Assembly: GCA_035193785.1 (NCBI GenBank)
Contig: CP136572.1
Coordinates: 960,001-1,024,000 of the forward strand
Reading direction: 5' to 3'
Source of the DNA: Planktothrix sp. GU0601_MAG3
Lineage (GTDB): Bacteria; Cyanobacteriota; Cyanobacteriia; Cyanobacteriales; Microcoleaceae
Length of the DNA stretch: 64,000 bases
Position 1 is the stretch's first letter. Each line of letters begins with the position of its first letter. Shown here one piece after another: positions 25,406 to 34,562 of this stretch. A program made the position numbers and the translations under genes. Under the pieces are notes generated by a model. It worked only from the letters and a program-made list of their open reading frames with translations. It was not told where the DNA came from and did not search any database.

Positions 25406-26003
25406 ATGTCAACCCATTCGTTAAATATGGAATTCAATCTCACCGGAAACGATTCAAAATGTTGGGATTAAAGATGGAAAACCTAAAGTAATTACCCTGA
25501 TGACTTCTTTGGGATTATTATTGATTAAAATTTCCAAACAAGCCAGAATTATCGGGATTTCCGATTTAGCCCCGGGTTATCAGGTAAAGGTTACAGGTCA
25601 GAAAAAACAAGATTTTAAAACCGGAAAAATTAAGCTAAAAGCGACGCAAGTGCTTTCAAGTTCAAAACCGATATCAACTCTAACCCCATCAGTTTCTTTT
25701 AATTCTCAAATTCATCAAGACAGCGAAATTCCTTTAACTAAACCTTCAGTTATTACTGTTAAACCCGCAAAAATCCTAGTTTGTCAAAAATCCGATTGTC
25801 GCAAACGGGGAGGAGATCGGGTTTGTGCCGTATTAGAAAAAGAGTTAGCCCAACGGGGATTAGAAGATCAGGTGACGATTCAAAAAACAGGATGTCTGAA
25901 AAAATGTAAAGCTGGCCCCAATATTGTGATGTTACCCGATAAAACCCATTATGGCAAAGTTGAATCAAAACAAATTCCCGTGTTAATTGACAAACATTTT
26001 TAA
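25406..26003 (+). CDS. Thioredoxin-like (2Fe-2S) ferredoxin domain protein (apparent frameshift at GAAAC 25446-25450)
   Basis: VCQKSDC...GCLKKCKAGPN cluster motif; N-terminus MSTHSLNMEFNLTG in another frame. Confidence 0.8.
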
Positions 26004-26028
26004 AGACAGTAATTGATATTGAGCATTT

Positions 26029-26477
26029 ACCTAGCTGAAAGAAATGGGGTTTGGTGTTTCAACTGCTGATTTTTGCAGAAACCTTTTTTGCGGGACAATT
26101 TGAGGAGGATTGATAAGCAAAAGTAATAAATCACAGCTATTTGTTTTAAATTTTAAAAGAATCAAGGAAAAATCGGATTTTTTATTGAAAATAGCTGGCA
26201 ATTATTTGACGAAACCATAGGCTTTGAGCTATACTAGAAAAAACTCTCCCAAGGGCTTATTGTGACTATAGGCAAAAATGATAGTTGAAACCCTGAAAAA
26301 TCGTTGAAGATTTAGGAAATTAAAGAGGTTTATTGCCACTGCGACGCACGAGTTTTTTTGAGAGAATGGCAAGCAACGAGTAGGGGTATTGACAAAATTG
26401 ACAATTTATGTATAGGCAAGAAAATCAACTTTGACCAAAAATTAAGAATTGGGTTGCTTGCTTGTCCCAAATGGTGA
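26029..26477 (+). repeat. Direct repeat copy 1 (~450 bp)
   Basis: Ungapped match to 27079-27527 at offset 1050; about 38 substitutions by eye. Confidence 0.95.
26206..26235 (+). promoter_or_regulatory. Sigma70-like promoter TTGACG-N18-TATACT
   Basis: Inside repeat copy 1; copy 2 has TACGCT at the -10 position. Confidence 0.5.
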
Positions 26478-26551
26478 AAAGAAACGTTAATCTTGCTTGT
26501 TCTTCTCCTATAATTTGGAAATTAACCAGTTATTCAAAAGTAGAATAGGAG

Positions 26552-27088
26552 ATGACAATGCCAGCAGAAATTAAGATTAAACTTTCAGCAATCAAGTTTC
26601 TGCCTCAGTCCCAGGGAGTTAACCATTCTAATCCTAGGGAACAACGACGTGGAGAAGAACGGAAGTATCTTCAGGGTATCTTTGCCGGGTCAGATGAAGA
26701 TGCGAAGGGAATTGCGAGAGTTTGGTTTTGTTCCGATGAAGAGCTTGAAGTAGCCTGGACTATTGCTCAAGAAGGCATGGGTGTTCTCGTTGTTGGCGAT
26801 GAAAAGGAGATTGACTTTGACAAGAAAACTATTGGTTTAAAAAATGCGCGAATTGCTCGTTATGATGCGAATGGAAAGTTTGAGCTTACAATTTCAGGCC
26901 AATCAGAACCTGAGATCCTAGAAGGAAATCCAAAAGATCTAGTAATCCTAACAGTAGTTGGTCGTATCGTGTTGATTCGACCCTCTATGTCAACTTCCGG
27001 TGGTTCTGGTCACAAAGTAGGTCTTAAAGCAAGGCACCTTTTGGCACAAGAACAGAAAAAACAAAAAGAAAATCAAACACCTAGCTGA
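26552..27088 (+). CDS. Orphan hypothetical protein between the direct repeats
   Basis: 178-aa ORF with AGGAG RBS; stop codon lies inside the start of repeat copy 2. Confidence 0.75.
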   Translation: MTMPAEIKIKLSAIKFLPQSQGVNHSNPREQRRGEERKYLQGIFAGSDEDAKGIARVWFCSDEELEVAWTIAQEGMGVLVVGDEKEIDFDKKTIGLKNARIARYDANGKFELTISGQSEPEILEGNPKDLVILTVVGRIVLIRPSMSTSGGSGHKVGLKARHLLAQEQKKQKENQTPS

Positions 27089-27527
27089 AAGAAATGGGGT
27101 TTGCTGTTTAAACTTCTGATTTTTGCAGAAACCTTTTTTGCGGGACAATTTGAGGAGGATTGATAAGTAAAAGTAATAAATCACAGCTATTCGTTTTAAA
27201 TTTTAAAAGAATCAAGGAAAAATCGGATTTTTTATTGAAAATAGCTGGCAATTACTTGACGAAACCATAGGCTTTGAGCTACGCTAGAAAAAACTCTCCC
27301 AAGGGCTAATTGTGACTATAGGCAAAAATAATAGTCGAAACCCTGAAAAATCGTTGAAGATTTAGGAATTTCAAGAGGTTTATGGCTGACTCGATGCACG
27401 GGTTTTTGGGAGAGAATGGCAAGCAAGGGGTAGGGGTATTGACAAAATCCATAATTTGTGCATAGGCGAGAAAACCCAGTTTGACCAAAAATTAAGAATT
27501 GGGTTGCTTGGGTGTCTCAAGTGGTGA
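27079..27527 (+). repeat. Direct repeat copy 2 (~450 bp), upstream of tkt
   Basis: Matches 26029-26477. Confidence 0.95.
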
Positions 27528-27649
27528 GATGATTGATATGCGGTCTAAGGATAATTCCAGAGCGACTTATGACATAGAATCCCAATTGGCTTGAGATTCT
27601 ATACTAAAGAGCACTCACGCACTCACTAAAGTTTACAGATAACATAATT

Positions 27650-29657
27650 ATGGTTGTTGCAGCCCAATCACTTGAAGAACTTTGCATTAATTCGATTCGC
27701 TTCCTAGCCATTGATGCAGTAGAAAAAGCTAAATCCGGCCACCCAGGACTACCCATGGGTGCAGCGCCGATGGCCTTTGTGTTGTGGGATCGGTTTATGC
27801 GGTTCAATCCCAAAAATCCTAAATGGTATAACCGCGATCGCTTTGTCCTGTCCGCAGGTCATGGCTGTATGTTGCAGTATGCCCTACTTTATTTAATGGG
27901 ATATGATAGCGTCACTTTAGATGATATTAAACAATTCCGTCAGTGGGGTTCTGTGACTCCTGGTCACCCGGAGAACTTTGAAACCTTGGGTGTGGAAGTC
28001 ACAACTGGCCCCTTGGGTCAAGGGATTGCCAATGGCGTTGGGTTAGCGATGGCCGAAGCCCACATGGCGGCGACCTTCAATAAACCCGATTCTGCACTGG
28101 TAGACCACTATACCTATGTCATCCTGGGTGATGGTTGTAACATGGAAGGGGTTTCTGGTGAAGCCTGTTCCTTAGCTGGACACCTGGGACTGGGTAAATT
28201 AATTGCCCTTTATGACGATAACCATATTTCCATTGATGGAAATACCGAGATTTCCTTTACTGAAGATGTGAGCAAACGGTTTGAGGCCTATGGCTGGCAC
28301 GTTCTGCACGTTGAGAATGGGAATACTGACTTAGATGGCATCGCCGACGCCATTGCTCAAGCCAAGGCAGTAACAGATAAACCGACTTTTATTAAAGTCA
28401 CCACCATCATTGGTTACGGTTCTCCTAATAAACAAAATACTGCTGGAGTTCACGGGGCTGCTTTGGGTACGGATGAAGTCGCCGCAACTCGGAAAAACCT
28501 GGGTTGGAACTATGAACCCTTTGAAGTTCCTGGTGATGCCTTAGCCCATTGCCGCAAAGCCGTTGAACGTGGGGCTGATCTGGAAACCGAATGGAATAAA
28601 ACTTGGGCTGACTATCAAGCCAAATATGGCCAAGAAGCCGCAGAATTTGAACGCCGCATTAGTGGAAAACTCCCCGAAGGTTGGGAAAAATCCCTACCAA
28701 CATTTACTCCCGCAGAAAAAGGGAAAGCCACTCGCCAATATTCTGAAGGATGTTTGAATGCCTTAGCTCCGGCTATTCCCGAATTAATTGGGGGTTTCGG
28801 CGGACTTAACCCACTCCAACTTAACGGAGATCAAGGGTTTTGGTAATTTCCAAAAAGGACAATATCAAAATCGTAACCTGCGTTTCGGTGTTCGGGAACA
28901 CGGAATGGGGGCAATTTGTAATGGTATCGGCTTACATGGTTCGGGCTTAGTTCCCTATTGTGCCACCTTCCTAGTCTTTGCTGACTATATGCGGGCGGCG
29001 ATTCGTTTAGCTGCTTTGTCGGAAATTGGTGTGATCTATGTGATGACCCATGACTCCATCGCCCTGGGGGAAGATGGGCCCACCCACCAACCTGTGGAAA
29101 CCATTGCCTCCTTGCGGGTGATTCCTAACTTGTTGGTGATGCGTCCAGCCGATGGTAATGAAACCTCCGGTGCGTATAAAATCGCTGTGGAAAACCGTCA
29201 TCGTCCGACTTTGTTGGCTTTAACCCGTCAAGCGTTACCGAACTTGAACGGTAGTTCTATTGATGCGGTCAGCAAAGGTGCTTATGTTCTGTCCGACTGC
29301 GACGGAACTCCCGATTTAATTTTAATCGGAACTGGAAGCGAAGTTTCTCTGTGTGTGGAATCAGCCGAAAAATTAGCCCATCAAGGGACAAAAGTTCGGG
29401 TGGTTTCTATGCCTTGTTGGGAACTGTTTGAAGAACAAGATGCTGCTTACAAAGAATCTGTGTTACCTAAAGCTGTGACCAAACGCTTGGCTGTGGAAGC
29501 TGGTTGTAGTTTCGGTTGGGAACGTTACACAGGTGGCGAAGGCGACATCATCGGTATTGATAGCTTCGGTGCCTCGGCTCCGGGTGGTGTGTTGATGGAG
29601 AAATTCGGTTTCACTGTTGATAATGTTTTAGCTAAAGCGAAAGCGTTATTAGGTTAA
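27650..29657 (+). CDS. tkt: Transketolase (apparent frameshift at GTTTC 28794-28798)
   Basis: [19 protein letters not shown] (restored), FGVREHGM and GEDGPTHQP. Confidence 0.97.
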
Positions 29658-29677
29658 ATCGGAATTGAATTAGATTA

Positions 29678-29703
29678 AAAAGGTGGGCTAGACCTGCCTT
29701 TTT
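29678..29703 (+). terminator. Probable intrinsic terminator after tkt
   Basis: AAAAGGTGGG-CTAGA-CCTGCCTTTTT hairpin with T-tract. Confidence 0.6.
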
Positions 29704-29820
29704 AATTACGAATTACGAATTACGAATTACGAATTAAGAGTTAAGAGTTAAGAGTTAAGAGTTAAGAATTAAGAATTAACAATTAACAATTAAGAATTAA
29801 CAATTAAGAATTAACAATTA
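29704..29820. repeat. STRR heptamer array (AATTACG, TTAAGAG, TTAACAA)
   Basis: Tandem 7-mers that change unit along the array. Confidence 0.9.
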
Positions 29821-29836
29821 TGGTTATACTTTTGGG

Positions 29837-31040
29837 ATGGACTTAAGGAAAATTTTCCCATTTTTGGAATCTTCTGTAACCCATTGGTCATTGGAAGCCC
29901 GATGGTTGCACTGGATAACCTTTCTCTGGTTATTTGTGGGCTTAATTGTGATGTTTTCTGCTTCCTATCCCATCGCCTACGCCGAACAGGGAGACGGATT
30001 ATATTATTTTAAACGTCAATTAATTTGGACGGCTGTTGGATTAGTCGGATTTAGTTTTATTGTTCAGTCTTCCCTAAGATTTTGGTTAAAAATTGCCCAA
30101 TGGGGGGTTTTAATTGTTCTGGGATTATTATTTCTAACTTTAGTTCCCGGGTTAGGAACTACTATTAATGGAGCTACTCGTTGGATTTCTATTGGGCCGA
30201 TTCCAATTCAACCTTCGGAGTTAATGAAGCCATTTTTAGTCTTACAAAGTGCCCGTTTCTTTGCTAATTGGTATCGTTTAAATTGGCAAATTCGGTTAAT
30301 TTGGTTAGGAATTTTTGGGATAATTTTATTATCTATTCTTACCCAGCCAAACCTCAGTACCACCGCCCTTTGTGGGATGACTATTTGGTTAGTGGCTTTG
30401 GCGGCGGGACTGCCTTTTTCCTATTTAGGAGGAACGGCTTTAGGTGGGGTATTTTTAGCTATTCTAAGTGTTACTATTAAAGAATATCAAAGACGACGAA
30501 TTTTATCTTTTTTAAATCCTTGGTCTGATCCAATGGGAGACGGATATCAGTTGGTTCAAAGTCTTTTGGCGGTGGGTTTCCGGTGGATTGTGGGGCACGG
30601 GATTAGGATTATCTCACCAAAAATTATATTATTTACCGATTCAATATAGCGATTTTATTTTCTCAGTTTATGCGGAAGAATTTGGCTTTATTGGGGGAAT
30701 ATTATTGTTATTATTATTAGCAATTTATGCAACCCTAGCCCTACGAGTAGCGATGAAAGCCAGACAAATTGAACATCAATTAGTAGCGGTGGGGGTGATG
30801 GTGGTGATGGTGGGGCAATCTTTATTAAATATTGCGGTAGCAACGGGTGTTTTACCAACTACAGGTTTACCTTTACCCCTATTTAGTTATGGGGGGAGTT
30901 CGATGATTGCTAGTTTAGCTTTAGCTGGGTTATTAATTCGGGTAGCTAGAGAGGAAAATCAAGCCCCGCTGATTTCTTTAGCTGATCATCGGTCAACCCA
31001 AAATCCACGTCGCGGAATTAGGCGATCGCAAATCCGTTAA
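29837..31040 (+). CDS. ftsW: FtsW/RodA SEDS protein (apparent frameshift at GTTTC 30576-30580)
   Basis: GATRW, IQPSELMK, DFIFSVYAEEFG and LPLFSYGGSS. Confidence 0.9.
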
Positions 31041-31059
31041 ATAACTAAATCTATTTTAG

Positions 31060-32556
31060 TTAAGTACATGAAATAGAATCTAGGCAACAATTTAGGGATT
31101 CTGAGGAATTAAATTCAATCGGAATAGTAATGATAAATTCAGTTCCTTGTCCAAATTCAGATTGAAATGATAGCATTCCTTCGTGATAATCTTCAACAAT
31201 TTCACGGCTAATAAATAGTCCGAGTCCCGTACCTTTTCCGATTGGTTTGGTTGTAAAAAACTGTTCAAATAGCCTCATCTTTACATCCCCATCCATTCCC
31301 AACCCATTATCGGTAATTTTCACCCTGACTCTATCGGGTTGGATCACCTCAGTTTTAATATTAATTATAGGAGTTTCCTGACCATTTTCCCATTTTTGTG
31401 TTGCTTCCTCCAAAGCATCAATAGCATTACCTAAAAGATTCATAAAAACCTGATTGATTTTGCCACCATAACATTTAACTAAAGGCAAATTCCCATAATC
31501 TTTTTGAATGATAATTTGCGGGCGATTAGATTTTTCCTTCAAGCGACTTTTTAAAATTAATAACGTACTTTCTAGCCCTTCCTGTAAATTAGTCGGTTTT
31601 ACTGTTAATTCATCTTTCCGCGAAAAATTTCTCAGGGATCGAGCAATTTCAAAAATCCGATCCGCAGATATTTTGACGGAACTAAAAACCTCTGGTAAAT
31701 CCTCAATTATAAATTCCAAACTCACCCCCTGCATATAGGATTGAATTTCTGCGATAGGTTGCGGACACTGTTGTTGATACATTCGCAGAACATAAATTAA
31801 ATCTTGAATATAGTTGTCAATACAATTAATATTTCCATAAATACAGTTAACAGGATTATTGATTTCATGGGCTAAACTGGCAATCATTTGACCCAAAGAA
31901 GCCATTTTTTCCTGATGGGACATCTGCGCTTGTGTTTCCTTGAGTTGTTTTAATGTATGAGAAAGTTTTTGGGCTTGAGCATAGGCGATTGCCGTGGTTT
32001 CACAGCTTTTTCTATATAATAAAATTTGTTGTTTTTCCAATTCTAATTGCTCCACCTCGCTTTCAAGCTGATATTGACTGACAACGGCATCTAAGGCCTC
32101 TAATAATTGACCTGAAGCCGCCATCAGAATCAATTTCAGATCCAAATTATCTAATTCCCAATTCTGATCTGGTGTATTTAACAGGGATTTAACCGCAGCA
32201 ATATAATCGTGAACCTGTTGATCTAAGTTATAGGGAGGTAGATAATATATTTCATGAATAGCAGGGGATAAATCAGAGCGTAAACCGTGATTAAACTGAC
32301 CAGAAATCAACATTTGATGGGATTCTTCAAAACTTTGGAGATTCCCTTTTAAAATCGTGATCATTTGCTCCCGTTCTGCCAAATTTTTATAATTAACTAA
32401 CTGCAAACAAAATAAAGCAATTCGTTGGGATAACATTCGTTGACGACCACTGACATTAATCACCGCCGCACTGATATTTTGAACTGCATGAATCTCATCG
32501 AGATTAAAATAATCATCAATCTTCATCATAGCTAACTGTTCCTCACTCGCTAACAT
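31060..32556 (-). CDS. Soluble sensor histidine kinase with NarX/PilJ-type N-terminal domain
   Basis: INVSGRQRMLSQRIA, LAHEINNP H-box, NLLGNAIDA, DNGLGM and GTGLGL; no obvious TM helix. Confidence 0.85.
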   Translation of the reverse strand: MLASEEQLAMMKIDDYFNLDEIHAVQNISAAVINVSGRQRMLSQRIALFCLQLVNYKNLAEREQMITILKGNLQSFEESHQMLISGQFNHGLRSDLSPAIHEIYYLPPYNLDQQVHDYIAAVKSLLNTPDQNWELDNLDLKLILMAASGQLLEALDAVVSQYQLESEVEQLELEKQQILLYRKSCETTAIAYAQAQKLSHTLKQLKETQAQMSHQEKMASLGQMIASLAHEINNPVNCIYGNINCIDNYIQDLIYVLRMYQQQCPQPIAEIQSYMQGVSLEFIIEDLPEVFSSVKISADRIFEIARSLRNFSRKDELTVKPTNLQEGLESTLLILKSRLKEKSNRPQIIIQKDYGNLPLVKCYGGKINQVFMNLLGNAIDALEEATQKWENGQETPIINIKTEVIQPDRVRVKITDNGLGMDGDVKMRLFEQFFTTKPIGKGTGLGLFISREIVEDYHEGMLSFQSEFGQGTEFIITIPIEFNSSESLNCCLDSISCT

Positions 32557-32613
32557 ATTGGTTATATCCTTGAATTAACTAAACAAAGACTAATCCTGAT
32601 TCCCTATATACTA

Positions 32614-32656
32614 ATTGTCTAAACTTATGGATATATTATTTGTATCGATTATTACA
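32614..32656 (-). promoter_or_regulatory. NtcA box with a correctly spaced -10-like hexamer
   Basis: TGTA-TCGATTAT-TACA at 32641-32656; GACAAT 22 nt downstream on the minus strand. Confidence 0.6.
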
Positions 32657-32763
32657 CCGACCTAGGGGAGATTTCTTCTCCCTAAAAATAAAATAGAGTT
32701 TAGAACGATAGCTGGAGACAAGTTCTAAACCCTATTCAAAGTTAAATTACTTCTGGCTGGAGG

Positions 32764-33076
32764 TTACGGTTTTTTGATTTCCCGGGCAATATTGCGATAC
32801 ATATCCATACTGCTGTCAGCCCGACGGCGTTTCCGTTTTGCTGGATGCTTCCTCAGCAACAGTATTAGAAGCGGTTGAAGAACTCTGTGCCTTGGCTTTG
32901 GTGGATTTAGGGGCCTCAACTTCAACGGGAAAGGTCTTTTTCACCGGAGGTAAATTATTGAATCTGTCCATATCCCCCAGACCCTGGGCCGCATTACCGT
33001 CGAGATAGAAACCACTTCCGGTTTCCTCTTGGGGTTTAGAATCTCCTTTTTTGCCAAACAAACCGAATAATGCCAT
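32764..33076 (-). CDS. Cyanobacterial hypothetical protein (apparent frameshift at GTTTC 32829-32833)
   Basis: MALFGLFGKK, FYLDGNAAQGLG; restored C-terminus ERRRADSSMDMYRNIAREIKKP. Confidence 0.7.
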
Positions 33077-33119
33077 GTTGCCCTCCCGCTAATTTGAATT
33101 GTGAATAGTTTTAAGTTTT

Positions 33120-34475
33120 TTGACACTCCCTGTGCCTAAAGGCGTGGGGATTCTTTGTTCACAGAGCTAACTTACTCGAACAGGATTTATCCAGCCTGAG
33201 CAGAGGTCAATTCTCCCAAAGCGTTGCTTGCGTGCTTCGCAAAAGTTCCCGTATGCCCTACGGTACTCAATCCTCGACTAAGGATATTTCTAGCTGCATT
33301 TTCATCTCTATCCATGACACAACCACACCTACAAACATGGGATAAGAGTGGATAGCGTTTTCTTAACAATTTCACCGCAGCTAGAGCATTCTTGGCTGGT
33401 ATATTGCGGATTTACCGCCACCGTGACTCTTTCAAATACTTTACCAAAATATTCAATCCAGACACGAAACTGATACCAAGATGCGTCATTAATAGACTTA
33501 GCTAAACAATGATTTTTTACCAGATTTTTAATCCTCAAATCTTCGTAAGCTATCAAGTCGTTAGACTGAACTACGCACCGTGCTGATTTCACAGCATGGT
33601 CTTCACGTTGCCTACTTATTTTAAGGTGGCGTTTCCCTAAAATCTGTCTAGCTTTGCCTCGATTTTTTGAACCTTTGACTTTTCTGGAAATCCGACGGTG
33701 TGAACTTTTAAGAACCTTTTCCCCTTTACGGAGAAATTTAGGATTCTCAACCATTACACCATTAGAGTCGGTGTAGTATTCCTTCAACCCCACATCTAAT
33801 CCTATCGTATTTCCAGAAGGCTTTGTATTTTCTTTCCGGTCAACATCGACACAGAACTGAACGTACACGCCGTCTGCACGTTTTACTAATCTTACCCGTT
33901 TTATTTGGCTAATTTGGTAAAAGTGTAAGTCGCGTGTGCCTTTTAACTTGAGTTTACCAATGTTTTTTTTATCGGTAAACTTTATGGATTTTCTGTCATC
34001 TGCAAGTTTCCAACCCGTTGATTTATACTCAACAGAACGGCAGTTTCTCTGGAATTGGGGATATCCTTTTTTCCCAGGAATTGACTTTTTGCAGTTCTCG
34101 TAAAAACGGGAAATAGCAGACCAGGCTCGTTCGGCACGCTTATTGTCTAGCTTGAGAATTGAGTTCATTAGCAAACGGAAAATTCTTGGCAAGCACGGCG
34201 CAATATTTGTTTAGATCATACTTATCTATTTTTTTATTATCCATCCAATAGCGTAAACAGCTATTGCGGACAAATTGTGCTGTACGAATCGCTTCATTTA
34301 CTGCTTCAATCTGACTGGCTTTTCCGTAAGTTTTGAACTCAAACACTAACATTGCCTGACCTCTCGCCCGATTTCTTATACTATATTTTTTAGCACAAGA
34401 TGGGCTGATATTTTAACAAAGGTTTACAATAAAAAGCCGTCGTTCTACGACGGGGTTTTAAACCCATTTTTCCGA
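33120..34475 (-). mobile_element. IS200/IS605-family tnpB-only element (IS1341-like)
   Basis: Left-end hairpin CCGTCGTAGAACGACGG near 34437-34453; right end ATCCCCACGCCTTTAGGCACAGGGAGTGTCAA; no tnpA; left boundary approximate. Confidence 0.85.
33187..34352 (-). pseudogene. tnpB: TnpB RNA-guided nuclease with two +1 frameshifts
   Basis: GLDVG, YEDL and DRDENAA RuvC residues plus a Zn ribbon; frameshifts near 34140 and 33343 are not at GAAC/GTTC. Confidence 0.8.
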
Positions 34476-34562
34476 TAACATTTTATCAGAAATTGTCTTT
34501 AATCTCTATTTGTTGTTGTTGCTAAAGCCCGAGAATTTAGCGGGCTAAAGCCCAACAACGAA

